Below, piece by piece: positions 8,409 through 18,391 of a stretch of DNA of 64,000 nt. Both the position numbers and the translations under genes were made by a program. Origin of the DNA: Planctomycetota bacterium (GTDB lineage Bacteria > Planctomycetota > UBA1135 > UBA2386); NCBI GenBank assembly GCA_965228735.1, contig OZ245838.1:5056001-5120000 (forward strand), written 5' to 3'. The notes below the pieces were generated by a model. That model saw nothing but the letters and a program-made list of their open reading frames with translations, did not search any database and had not been told where the DNA came from. Numbering within the stretch: the stretch's first letter is position 1; each line of letters starts with the position of its first letter.

Positions 8409-8456
8409 AAACCCCTCAGGACGGCCGACTTGGCTGCCTGAGGGGTTTCTCTTTGG
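8409..8456 (+). terminator. Intrinsic terminator-like hairpin of the original tRNA locus
   Basis: AAACCCCTCAGG / CCTGAGGGGTTT inverted repeat ending in a T-rich tract. Confidence 0.7.
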
Positions 8457-8575
8457 GGGCTCTTCTTTGGGGGCTTCTTCGGGCTTTGGCCCAGGGCCGT
8501 GAGGCCACCTCCCCCGCCGTTCCGCGGTGGCCGAGCTATGCTCCGGGGCCGATCGCTGATCGCGCATCCACGTTC

Positions 8576-9679
8576 ATGGCCATCACCGCGACCAAGCTCT
8601 GGTTCTTCCGGCTCGGTGCGGCCGGTCTGGCGGCGGCGGTCGCCGGGGCGGTCGCGGTCCTGATCTATCGCGCCCAGACCGAGCAGGTCGTGGTGGTGCG
8701 GACCGCCGAATCGGACGAGGAGCCGTTCCGCAACGGGGCGATGGCCGTCGACCCGTATGTCGGACACCGTGTCGCCCGCAACGCGACGACGCGGTTTCGC
8801 CTGGGCCCGATCGGCGGCGAGCCGATCGCGATCGACCGGCACTCCAACAACCACGGGTTCATCAGCAACGAGGATCTGCCCGAGGCGATTACGGGACCGC
8901 GCGTCGTGATCCTCGGTGACAGTCACACGATGGGCGTGGTCAGCACGGAGGACAACGTCGGTCCCGTCCTGCAGCGCCGCTTGCGCCGCGATGCAGGCCA
9001 CAGCACCGCCACGGTGATGAACGCCGGGGCCGGGTTGTACAGTCTCTACCAGTATCTGCTGCGCGCCCGGCAACTGCTGCCGCGCTATCGCCCGCAGGCC
9101 CTCGTGGTCGTCGCGTTCCTCGGCAACGACCTGCTCAACCTCGAAGACGTCCGGCGGCCGCACTTGACCGACGAGCTCGTCGAGTCGCCGGCCGACGAGG
9201 ATCCGCCACCCGAACAGACCACGGCGCGGTTCGAACGCCTCGAGCTCCCGCCGGGCGGCAGGGCGGCGTTCTGGCAGGGGCTGCACCAGGCCGAGTACTT
9301 CCGCGCGCAGCCGCAGCGTCGGCCGCCCATGTTGCGCAAGTCGGTGTACACGCTCCGGGCGCTCGGCGAGTTGTGCGATGAGCACGATTGCCGGCTGTTC
9401 GTCGTGCTGTTGCCGTCCTTCGATCTCGTGTTCCCGGAGCACGCCGGTCTCGCCGGCCCGCGGGTCGTCGAACTCGTCGAATCGGGTGTGCAGGCCGAAC
9501 TCTACGAATCGTTCCGGGCGCAGGTGGAACGCCTCGGCATCGCGCACGTCGACCTGCTCCCGCGCTTCTTGGCCGATGGGCGCGTCGATCTCTACGCGAC
9601 GGACATGCACATCTTCGTTCGAGGTCACGCGATCGTCGCGGAGGTGATTCATGACCACCTCGCCGGCGTGCTGCGATGA
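8576..9679 (+). CDS. SGNH/GDSL hydrolase-family protein with N-terminal membrane anchor
   Basis: VILGDSHTMG, NAGAG, FLGNDL and DMH blocks. Confidence 0.85.
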   Translation: MAITATKLWFFRLGAAGLAAAVAGAVAVLIYRAQTEQVVVVRTAESDEEPFRNGAMAVDPYVGHRVARNATTRFRLGPIGGEPIAIDRHSNNHGFISNEDLPEAITGPRVVILGDSHTMGVVSTEDNVGPVLQRRLRRDAGHSTATVMNAGAGLYSLYQYLLRARQLLPRYRPQALVVVAFLGNDLLNLEDVRRPHLTDELVESPADEDPPPEQTTARFERLELPPGGRAAFWQGLHQAEYFRAQPQRRPPMLRKSVYTLRALGELCDEHDCRLFVVLLPSFDLVFPEHAGLAGPRVVELVESGVQAELYESFRAQVERLGIAHVDLLPRFLADGRVDLYATDMHIFVRGHAIVAEVIHDHLAGVLR

Positions 9680-9744
9680 CGGGCCAAGATCAGTTCGCGG
9701 TGATTTCCTGAACCGCTCGTCCTCGCTCAGGACTCCAGTTCGAC

Positions 9745-12700
9745 GTGACCCCGAACCCCGAAGCCGACCTGCAGGCGATGCTGCAGCGCGAGTTCCGCTG
9801 GCTGCAGCGGATGACGCGAGGGCTGGCCGGGAACGATTCCGCGGCCGGGGACGATCTGGCGCAGGACACGTTGTTGTGCGCGCTCGCGCAGCCGGCCACC
9901 GTCGTCCGACGGCCACGGGCGTGGCTGCGCACGATCGCGGCCAACCTCTGGGCGCGGCAGCGGCGGCGCGAGTCGCGGCGGCGCGACGTCGAGACGACCG
10001 CGGCGCCCGAGGCCGACGGCGCGGCGAACGCGCCCGACGAGATCGTCGCGCGCACGCAGCTGCTCGGCGTCGTCGTCGAAGAGCTGCTCGCGCTCGGCGA
10101 GCCGTACCGCACGGCGCTGTTGCTCCGCTTCCAGGAGGGGCTGCCGCTGAACGAGGCGGCAGCGCGCCTCGGCGTGCCGGTCGAGACGCTGCGAACGCGA
10201 CAGAAGCGCGGGCTCGCGCAGCTGCGGCAGCGACTCGATCAGCGGCACGGCAATCGTACCGGCTGGGTCACGGTTCTCGGGCCGGCGTTTGCCGGTCGAT
10301 TGCCGTTGTCTGCTGCGGCCCTGCCGCTCCTCGCCATGACCCCCAAGCTCGTCGTTTCTCTCGCAGCCGCAATCGTCGCAGTCGGTGTGGCTGCCGTTCT
10401 CTGGCAGGGCTCGGACGGCGCTCCGGTCCCGAACGAGACGGGTGATGCGACAGCGGGTCCGGTTGCACCGTCGAGCGGCGCGATGCCGGATGGGGGCGTA
10501 CCGGTGCCGACCCGCGAGGTCGTCGCCGCAGAAGACGACAACGACCCGGAGTCGAGCCGGGTGCAGCTCCTGGTAACCGGGCAGGTCGTCGATGAAGAGT
10601 CGGGCAGCGCGATCGCCGGCGCGACGATCTCGTGGCGACGCGGGACGTTCGCGGACCACGATGCGAGCGCGGAAACGGTGACGAGCGGCAAGGACGGTAC
10701 GTTCTCGCTGCCGTCCACGGCCAGGGACGCCGCGCGGCAGGAGCTCGTCGTTCACAGCACGGATCACGCGCTGTTCGTGCAGCGGCTCGGCACGGTGCCG
10801 GAATCGGCGGCTGCCGATCAGCCACCCGTTCTCGACGTCGGCACGATCGAGCTGCCGCCCGGCACGGGCGTGCACGGCGAAGTCGTCGACGCGCGCGGTC
10901 AGCCGGCCGCGGGCGCCGAGCTGTTGCTCTGCGTCGATCCGATCTGGACGACCAACGGGCAACGGCGCATGCAGCTGCCGCGCGCCTTCCCGCAGGGGCG
11001 CACCGACGGCGCGGGCCGGTTCACGCTGCCGAACCGCGTGTGCGATCGCGGCCCGACGTATCAGCCGCTGCTGATCGCGCGTGGCGATGGCGGGCTCGGC
11101 TGGGCGCAGCTCGAGGTGCGTCGCAGTCGGCACGAGAGCCGCGACATCCGAATCGCGCTGTTGCCGAGCGCGCGGTTGCTCGTTCGGGTCGTCGACGAAC
11201 GGGGCCAGCCGTTGGTCGGTGCGCGCGTGACTGCCGAGCCGCGGTTCCCGCCGATCGGGCAGCGCGCCGACTTTCCGCTGCCCCTCGGCCCGCTCGAGTC
11301 GTTGTTCGCGCGCATCACCGGCGCCGCTGGCGATGCGACGTTCGACCTGCCCCTGCCACCAAACGTCGAAGCGCCGGCATACGCGCTGCGCGTGACGGCG
11401 ACCGGTCGGGCCGACCTGCTCGAGCGCGAGGTCGAGCTCGATGTCGAGCGGGCGATGACGATGACCCTGACACTGACGACGAGTCGCTCGGTCACCGTGC
11501 GCGGTCGGGTCGTCGACGACGGCGGCGAACCGATCGCCGGCGCGCAGGTCGCCGTCAGCGGCGTGGAGCCGGTGCTCGTACAGACGGACACGCGCGGCGA
11601 CTACGTAGCCACGACCGTGGTCGATGGCGTCAGCGTCGGTGTTCGCGCGACCGCCGCCGGCCATACGACAGCGGACGATCGCCTCGCGATCGAAGCCGGC
11701 AGTTCCGAGCTCCGGAGCGACTTCACGCTCGAAGCGGCGTTGCCGCTGCACGGCGTCGTCGTCGACCAGCATGGCGAGCCGATCTCGGCGGCCGCGGTGC
11801 ACGTCGCGAACCATCTGTACGGCCACGTGAAGACCGACGGCGCGGGCCGATTCGAGGTTGCGGGCGTCCCGGCAGCGCGCGCCGCGTCGATCCACATCTA
11901 CCCGCCGAACGGCAGCAATGCCTACGTCGGTTCGGTGTTGCACGCGGCCCGACCCGGCGCAAGCCCGCTGCACATCACGCTCGAACGCCTCGCGAGCGGG
12001 CGTTGTCGTCTCGACGTCGAGCTCGTCGGCGCGAGCGGCGAACGCCTCGAGATCCAGCGCCTGCAGCTCCTGCACCTCGAACGCGCGGACGGCCTGTCGC
12101 ATCCCGCGACTCCGACGCTCGGCGCGATCACGGCGACGGGGTTACGAGCCGGCCGTTGGCGACTGGACGTGCGCGCCGTCACGGGTCCGAGCCTCGTCGA
12201 GGAGTTCGTGATCGCGCCTGGGCAGGAGCGTTGTGAGCTGCGGCTCGTGCAGGCCCAGGGTGTGGGGCTCGACGTCGTGTTCGCGCTGCCCGACGCCGCG
12301 CAACTGCCTGACGGCATCACACTCCCCGAGTCGGTGTCGCTGCGATTCGCCGGCACGGGTCAGAGCGCACGCTTGCAGCTCGCCGATGGCTCCATGTCGC
12401 GGCGGGTGCAGGTCGATCCTCGGGAACGTTCGGCCGTGCGGGTGATCGACGTCGATCCGGGGCGCGGGCTCGTGGTGACGGCCGAGGCCGACGGTTGGGT
12501 GGCGCGTCGCCACATCGCGCCCGGCGCCGTGGACGGCGGCGAGGTGCGGCTCGAACTGGCGCGCGCCGCAGCCGTGCGCTTCGCGAGCACCGCGCCGTGG
12601 CCGTTCGACGGCTTCGTGCTGCAGTTCCGCCACGGCAACGAACCCTGGGGCGAACGCATGCAGTTCTCCGGCATGCAAGGCGCGACCGATCTCGTGCGCT

Positions 12701-12846
12701 GGCCGCTCCCCACGGGCGCGACGGAGTGGCAACTGACCGAGCCGACGTCGGGCGCCGACAACCGCGGAGAGCCGCGCGTGCATCGCGGCGCGGCCGATCT
12801 GCAGGCCGGCGAGACCGCGCCGATCGTGATTCGGCCGGGGCGGTAG
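9745..12846 (+). CDS. ECF sigma factor fused to a TM helix and carboxypeptidase-regulatory-like repeats
   Basis: Sigma region 2 (DDLAQDT...AWLRTIAANL), region 4 (YRTALLLRFQEGL...AAARLG), repeated GxVVDxxGxPIAGA units. Confidence 0.9.
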   Translation: MTPNPEADLQAMLQREFRWLQRMTRGLAGNDSAAGDDLAQDTLLCALAQPATVVRRPRAWLRTIAANLWARQRRRESRRRDVETTAAPEADGAANAPDEIVARTQLLGVVVEELLALGEPYRTALLLRFQEGLPLNEAAARLGVPVETLRTRQKRGLAQLRQRLDQRHGNRTGWVTVLGPAFAGRLPLSAAALPLLAMTPKLVVSLAAAIVAVGVAAVLWQGSDGAPVPNETGDATAGPVAPSSGAMPDGGVPVPTREVVAAEDDNDPESSRVQLLVTGQVVDEESGSAIAGATISWRRGTFADHDASAETVTSGKDGTFSLPSTARDAARQELVVHSTDHALFVQRLGTVPESAAADQPPVLDVGTIELPPGTGVHGEVVDARGQPAAGAELLLCVDPIWTTNGQRRMQLPRAFPQGRTDGAGRFTLPNRVCDRGPTYQPLLIARGDGGLGWAQLEVRRSRHESRDIRIALLPSARLLVRVVDERGQPLVGARVTAEPRFPPIGQRADFPLPLGPLESLFARITGAAGDATFDLPLPPNVEAPAYALRVTATGRADLLEREVELDVERAMTMTLTLTTSRSVTVRGRVVDDGGEPIAGAQVAVSGVEPVLVQTDTRGDYVATTVVDGVSVGVRATAAGHTTADDRLAIEAGSSELRSDFTLEAALPLHGVVVDQHGEPISAAAVHVANHLYGHVKTDGAGRFEVAGVPAARAASIHIYPPNGSNAYVGSVLHAARPGASPLHITLERLASGRCRLDVELVGASGERLEIQRLQLLHLERADGLSHPATPTLGAITATGLRAGRWRLDVRAVTGPSLVEEFVIAPGQERCELRLVQAQGVGLDVVFALPDAAQLPDGITLPESVSLRFAGTGQSARLQLADGSMSRRVQVDPRERSAVRVIDVDPGRGLVVTAEADGWVARRHIAPGAVDGGEVRLELARAAAVRFASTAPWPFDGFVLQFRHGNEPWGERMQFSGMQGATDLVRWPLPTGATEWQLTEPTSGADNRGEPRVHRGAADLQAGETAPIVIRPGR

Positions 12847-12944
12847 GCCACTGTCGCGGCGCGAAGTGCAAGCCGTCGCGGCGGGAGAGCTCGACGAGGT
12901 CACGATGCGGCCCGCGGAGAAGTAGTTGCGGCATAATGGTCGGC

Positions 12945-13499
12945 ATGGCTCGTCCTGCCGGAATCCTCGCGTTGGCGCTCTTCGCGACCGCATGTGAGTC
13001 CACGCCGGAGGTTCGACCCGCCGACGCGATGTCGAGCGCTCGCGCGACCGCGGGGCGCTACACGTTGGCGGAGCGCGCGATGGAACACCCGCCTTCGGGT
13101 GAGCTCGAGCTGCGCCGCGACGGCTCGTTCGCCCTGGAGGTCCGATGGCCACCGCCTGCGGCCGTCACGTTCGGGGCGTTGGTCGGCGAGCCCGGGACCA
13201 TGACCGGGAAGTGGGTCGGTGACCTCGGTGACGAGGGGCTCGTGCACCTGTTCGTGCACCGGGACCCGGATGCGTCCGACCTGGTGTTGCTCACGTATCT
13301 CGACGGTGCGACGTTTCATTTGCCGCAGCGCGTCGTGAGCGCGGTGCCGTGCGGAACGCGCTCCCACCGGTTGTCCCGAAACCGGCTGATCGTCCTGTGG
13401 CTCGGCGACAGCCCGGCAGCGATCACCCGGAAGGCCACGCTGTCCTCGACCTGCGCAGCAATCTTCCGCGAGGCAAAGGTGCCAGTGCAGTACGCGTAG
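12945..13499 (+). pseudogene. Lipoprotein probably truncated or fused at the IS remnant
   Basis: Lipobox-like FATAC; the frame runs antisense into the transposase fragment after about 13365. Confidence 0.5.
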
Positions 13500-13705
13500 A
13501 TCAGCAGCGCCAGCATCACGCGCGGCGGGTAGGCCTGCTCGCCTTTGCCGCAGGCGCGGTACTTCTGCAGCAGCTTTTCGATGTCGAGCTGATCGACAGC
13601 GTCGATCACGAACCACGCGAGGTGGTTGTCCGGGAGCCAGTCGCTCGGCGACGGCGGCAGCAGGAAGCCCTGACGACGATCCTCTTGCTTGCGAAACGAG
13701 CCCAT
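13316..13705 (-). pseudogene. IS1182-family transposase N-terminal fragment (DUF772 region), DDE domain lost
   Basis: LLPPSPSDWLPDNHL, AYPPRVMLALLIYAY...SRKI, PSHRTISRFR, then an early stop. Confidence 0.88.
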
Positions 13706-13733
13706 GCCCTACCTACGATAGGGCATGGGCTCG
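13697..13733 (-). promoter_or_regulatory. 15-bp hairpin covering the transposase start codon
   Basis: CGAGCCCATGCCCTA-N7-TAGGGCATGGGCTCG perfect inverted repeat over ATG 13705. Confidence 0.7.
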
Positions 13734-13790
13734 CCGGGTTTTCCTTCTACGGAACTTCAGCGCTTCATGGCCGTCCCGTGGCGCAAATTC

Positions 13791-14903
13791 CTAGAGCCCG
13801 AGTCGTGCGCGCACGACAGCGACGACCTGGTGCGCGCGGTCTCTCCGCTTCACCGGGACGCGATCCGGAAGCTGTTGCACGGCTTCGAAGTGTTCCGGCT
13901 GCGCGAGTCGGATGATTGCGTCGAGATCCTCATCGTCGAGGTGGGTCGGGTATTGGCACAACAACGGCACAGCGGCGGCGCCGTTCAATCGCGCGAGGTG
14001 CCGGCCGTGGAGAAGGTGTTGCTTCGCTTCGGGAACCGCTAGCAGCGCCGCGCGCAAGTGCTGCGGGTCGCGGTACTGCAGGCGGTGAGCCGCGAGCCAG
14101 TCGCAGTGTGCAGACTCAGCCACACACCGTGCCAATGCGGCGTCGGCAACGGGTCCTCGGAGCTCGCCGATGCTCACGGCGGCCGCCAGGCTCGCCCTGC
14201 GGTTAGGGCCCAATGCGATCTCGGTCAAGCGGCTGAGCGCGCGGTAGTGTCCGGCGACTCCCGCAGCGCGGATCGCCCATCGCGTTCGGCGGTGGCAGGC
14301 GTGTGGGATCGGCTGCTCCAGCACCGAGTCCACGACGCTCGGCGAGAATGCGGCACGAAGCCGCATGGTCGCGGCGGCGAACGTCGGGCCGTGCGGCCCG
14401 AGTTCGAGACTGCGCAGCGTGCGCCACTGCCGGTCCACGCTGTGCGGGGCGCCGACGCGCATCAGTACGGCGAGGGCCCGCAAGCGGATCAGCGGATCTT
14501 CGCTGCCGAGCCCCGTGGTGACCCAGTTCTCCGCCGCGGAGCCATGGGGAACGCAGCCGGTGCGGACCGCTGGCCGCACCCTGGGGTTGGCGATGAAGCG
14601 CCGTACCCGTTCGTCGAACTCGCGAAACGGGTCGCTGAAATCGTGCAGCGCATCGTATCGCTCGAAGTCGGACTCGATGTCGTACTCCCATGCCGGGATC
14701 GCTGTCGCACCGCGTTCGAAGACGGCGATCGCGTGCGCGATCTGCTCCTCGATGCCGCACTCGTCCGAAGCGGTCGCTGCGGCCGCCGGAGCCGTCGGCT
14801 CGTCGGTTGTGGGCTCGACCGTTGCGGTTGCCGGCGTTCCCGCCGTGAAGTCGGCGCAGGCACCGAACGACAGCGCTGCGAGGATCACGACGGGCCGGGG
14901 CAT
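13791..14903 (-). CDS. HEAT-repeat lipoprotein
   Basis: Lipobox FGAC; HEAT-like units (DPLIRLRALAVL, AAAVSIGEL). Confidence 0.7.
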   Translation of the reverse strand: MPRPVVILAALSFGACADFTAGTPATATVEPTTDEPTAPAAAATASDECGIEEQIAHAIAVFERGATAIPAWEYDIESDFERYDALHDFSDPFREFDERVRRFIANPRVRPAVRTGCVPHGSAAENWVTTGLGSEDPLIRLRALAVLMRVGAPHSVDRQWRTLRSLELGPHGPTFAAATMRLRAAFSPSVVDSVLEQPIPHACHRRTRWAIRAAGVAGHYRALSRLTEIALGPNRRASLAAAVSIGELRGPVADAALARCVAESAHCDWLAAHRLQYRDPQHLRAALLAVPEAKQHLLHGRHLARLNGAAAVPLLCQYPTHLDDEDLDAIIRLAQPEHFEAVQQLPDRVPVKRRDRAHQVVAVVRARLGL

Positions 14904-14955
14904 ACGACCAAGGAACGCGGCGACGCGGCGCCGGGTTCACGCGTTGGCCGCGACC

Positions 14956-16233
14956 TCACGCTTCGCGGGATTCGTCCGCCGCGGACACGAGCGCGTCCTG
15001 CGTGTCGCCGTCGAACACCGGCGAGACGGTCTGCGCGGCCTGCAGCGCTTCCTGGAACGGCACGTGGTCGGCCACCGCGGGTGCCGTGACGCGCGCGCGG
15101 CGCCAGAGGACGAACAGTGCCAGCGCGATCTGCACGCCGGTCGCGAACGCGAACACGACACCCGGGCCCATCACGTCCGCGAGCGCGGATGCGAGCAGCG
15201 GGCCGACGACCGCGCCCGCGGCGTAGACGAGGAGCAGGCCGCTCGACGTCTCGACGAAGTCGGTCGGCTCGGCATGGTCGTTCGTGTGCGCGACACCGAG
15301 GCTGTAGATCGGAAACATCGCGGCGCCCCATGTGGCCGTCGCGCCGTAGAGCAGCCACGGCGCATCGGTCGGCCGGAGCGCGAGCAGCAGCGACGCGCCC
15401 GTCGCGAGCGCGGCCGCGAGCAGGATCACGAGGCGGCGGTCACCGCGGTCCGACAGCTTGCCGAGCGGCCATTGGCCGAGCGCGCCGCCGAGCACCGTGG
15501 CGCTCATGAAGAACGCGATCCCCGAGTCCGCGAGGCCCGCGTCGCGCGCGAACTGCGGGCCGAGGGCCCAGAACGGGCCGGTGCCGAGGCCGGTCGCGAC
15601 GCACGCTGCGACGCCGGCGGGCGATGTGCGGTAGAGCCGGCCGATGCGCACCCTGGTCGACTGGATGGGCGCGGGCGCGGTCGCACCGGACAACGCGACC
15701 GGCACCGCGGCGAGCGAGATCAGGATCGCCACGAGCGCGAACGGTTGCATCTGCCGGGGGTCGTTGAGCGGCAGCAGCAGTTGACCCGCGGTCACGACCG
15801 ACAGGTTGATGAGCATGTAGAGCCCGAGCACGACGCCGCGGGTCGCCTTCGTCGAGCGCTCGTTGAGCCAGCTCTCGATCACCATGTAGAGCACCGCGAA
15901 GCAGAAGCCGGTGCCGACGCGCAGCAGCCACCAGATCGGTGCCGCGACGAAGAACGCGTGCAGCAGCACGATCGCGGCCGCGACCGCGGTCATCGCGGTG
16001 AATGCGCGGATGTGGCCGACGCGCCCGACGAGCCGCGGGCCGAACAGGCAGCCGGTGAGGAAGCCGGCGAAGTAGCTCGACCCGATGAGCGCGATGCCCG
16101 TCATCGAGAAACCCTCGAGCGCGCCGCGCACGGGCAGCAGCAGCCCCTGCAGGCCGTTGCCGGTCAGCAGGATCGCCACGCTGGTGAGCAGCGCGGCGAC
16201 GGGGAGGAGAGCGCTCGAGAGCCTCGGGGTCAC
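14956..16233 (-). CDS. MFS transporter (YcaD-like)
   Basis: 12-TM pattern, GNGLQG, IESWLN, GKLSDRGDRR. Confidence 0.92.
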   Translation of the reverse strand: MTPRLSSALLPVAALLTSVAILLTGNGLQGLLLPVRGALEGFSMTGIALIGSSYFAGFLTGCLFGPRLVGRVGHIRAFTAMTAVAAAIVLLHAFFVAAPIWWLLRVGTGFCFAVLYMVIESWLNERSTKATRGVVLGLYMLINLSVVTAGQLLLPLNDPRQMQPFALVAILISLAAVPVALSGATAPAPIQSTRVRIGRLYRTSPAGVAACVATGLGTGPFWALGPQFARDAGLADSGIAFFMSATVLGGALGQWPLGKLSDRGDRRLVILLAAALATGASLLLALRPTDAPWLLYGATATWGAAMFPIYSLGVAHTNDHAEPTDFVETSSGLLLVYAAGAVVGPLLASALADVMGPGVVFAFATGVQIALALFVLWRRARVTAPAVADHVPFQEALQAAQTVSPVFDGDTQDALVSAADESREA

Positions 16234-16282
16234 GCGGCGCGCAGCGTAGCGTGCGCGCGCCGCGTTTCGAGGCGGCGACCGA

Positions 16283-18193
16283 TCAGCTGTCGATCGTCGC
16301 CTTGCCCGCGTCGGACACGACGATGCCGAGCGTGTTCACCGCGTCGAGCACGGCCCACTGGTGGAACAGCTCGAGGCCGGCGTAGGACGGCGAGTTCGGG
16401 ATCGAGAACTGCGAGCTCGCCGTGCCGTTCCCGGAGGTGAACATGAACTGCGTGACATCGGGCGACGCGTAGATCGAGCAGCCCGGCGCGTTCGGCAGCG
16501 GCGCAGGCAGCGGCGTGCCGTTCGAGATCTGATCGCTGAAGCCGGAGAGGATGAACGCACCCGAACTCGGAGCCGCAGACGACAGCGTCACGTCGTAGCT
16601 GCCGCCGATCTGGGGCAGCCCGTTGTTGCCGAGGGCCGGCGACGCGTTCTGCGTGCTGTTGCAGAGCACGCGCCACGACGGGTTGTCGACGAGGCCGGAC
16701 AGCTGCCACTGCGGCGTCTGGGCGTCGCGCCAGTAGCCGTCGCCCGACGCGCCGCTCGACAACGTCGAGATCACGACGTTCTGCGACGAGCTGTCCATGC
16801 CGATGTAGAACCGGCCGGTCATGTTCACCGGGGCCGCGAAGACGGCCGTGTAGAAGCCCTGGCTCGGGCCGATCGTCATCGTCGTGCTCGCCGTCGGCGA
16901 CGACGCGGGCGTGCCGCCCACGTCGGCGTAGAGGTGGGCGGGGCGCACGACGTTGCCGCCCGTCGACTGGGTGAACAGGTCGAAGCCGACGACCTGCAGC
17001 GTGTTGCCGGCCGGGTTGTCGACCGCGTAGCAGTACTCGTTGTCGCGCGTCGCGCCGGTCAGGTTGCCGCCGTTCGGGTTCAGCTCCGGGCACCCGACGG
17101 TGACCGAGCCGGGGCAGCCCTGGCCGTAGTTGCTGAACGAGGCGTTGGACGGCCGCAGGATGTAGAGGCCGGTCGACTGGTCCGACGCCAGGATGTTGCC
17201 TGACGGCAGGAACGGGTAGACGCCCCAGCAGCCGCCGAAGCCGCCGGCCGGGCCGGGGAACGTGTCATACGACGCGACCTCGACCGGGTTGTTCGGGTCG
17301 CTGATGTCGATGCACTTGTAGCCCTCGGTGTACCAGCTCACGTGGCACTTGTCCCCGACGATGAACGCGTTGTGCGGGATCGTCGCCGAGTTGGGCGTGT
17401 ACTGCCCGAGTCCGATCGGGTTCGTCTTGTCGGTGATGTCCCAGAACTTGACGACGCCACCCGACTGCTCGTCGGTCGTGACGCAGATCGTGCCGGCGGC
17501 GTTCGGCCACGCGTTGTGCGTGAAGTTGCTCGGCGTCTGGCGGCTGCTGAGGCCGGCGGACGGCCACGGCAAGGACGCGGTCGCATCGAAGATGCGCAGC
17601 ACGCCGTTGTAGATCATCGAGCCGTAGGCGTAGCCGTTCTCCACGCACATGTCGTGGAAGTAGTTGCTGTTGCCGGAGCCGCGCGCGAAGCCGAGGAACG
17701 TCGGGTTCGCCGGGTTGGTGTTGAGGTCGTAGACCGGCGTGCCGGTGTTGCAGCCGACGAGGTAGAGCAGGCCCGTGCCGAGATCGACGCAGACGTTGTG
17801 CGCGTTGCCCGAGTTCTGCGTGCCGAACACGCCGACGGCCGTCGGGTTGTTGGGGTTGCTGAGGTCGAGGATCTGGAAACCCGCGGTCGACTCGGTGACG
17901 ACGTAGGCGTAGTTGCCGAACGTCCGGATGTCGCGCCACGTCGAGTTGCCGTAGGGGAACCACCCGGTCTCGATGGGCGTGGCCGGGTTGGTGACGTCGA
18001 CGACGACCGTGCCGGTGCGCGCGCCGAGCAGCGCGTATTCGTCGCCGTTCGGCGCGGTGTAGCCCCAGATGTCGTTGAAGGAGCCGTGGTTGTTGAACGT
18101 GCCGAGCAGCTGGCAGTTGACGCCCTGCGCGGGCAGGGCTGCGGCCAGGCCGACCAGACCGGTGGCCAGGAGGAGGGAACGGTGGATGTGCAT
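16283..18193 (-). CDS. Secreted choice-of-anchor B / LVIVD-repeat protein with shared C-terminal domain
   Basis: NDIWGY, WRDIRT, AHN, HNAW, TTDE, SWYTEG, WGVYPFLPSG; signal peptide ending AQ. Confidence 0.88.
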   Translation of the reverse strand: MHIHRSLLLATGLVGLAAALPAQGVNCQLLGTFNNHGSFNDIWGYTAPNGDEYALLGARTGTVVVDVTNPATPIETGWFPYGNSTWRDIRTFGNYAYVVTESTAGFQILDLSNPNNPTAVGVFGTQNSGNAHNVCVDLGTGLLYLVGCNTGTPVYDLNTNPANPTFLGFARGSGNSNYFHDMCVENGYAYGSMIYNGVLRIFDATASLPWPSAGLSSRQTPSNFTHNAWPNAAGTICVTTDEQSGGVVKFWDITDKTNPIGLGQYTPNSATIPHNAFIVGDKCHVSWYTEGYKCIDISDPNNPVEVASYDTFPGPAGGFGGCWGVYPFLPSGNILASDQSTGLYILRPSNASFSNYGQGCPGSVTVGCPELNPNGGNLTGATRDNEYCYAVDNPAGNTLQVVGFDLFTQSTGGNVVRPAHLYADVGGTPASSPTASTTMTIGPSQGFYTAVFAAPVNMTGRFYIGMDSSSQNVVISTLSSGASGDGYWRDAQTPQWQLSGLVDNPSWRVLCNSTQNASPALGNNGLPQIGGSYDVTLSSAAPSSGAFILSGFSDQISNGTPLPAPLPNAPGCSIYASPDVTQFMFTSGNGTASSQFSIPNSPSYAGLELFHQWAVLDAVNTLGIVVSDAGKATIDS

Positions 18194-18391
18194 GAGTGCA
18201 GGTGCCACGACGGTGCGGTGGCGAATCAGGAGGCGGGCGGGCCGGTGAAGTGTAGAACGACCCGGGCGAAGAGCCCACCCGGGTATTCATGCGCCGCTCC
18301 GCAAGTCGGGGTGTTGGCCCGGCGCGATGGCACGTTGCGTGCCGGCTGGCCCTCTCGCGGGCATCGAGTTCGTGGCTCGTCGCGCCGGTCC

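Noticed and set aside
8449..8484. CTTTGGGGGCT short direct repeat after the terminator
   Set aside because: Only two short copies, with no interpretable function
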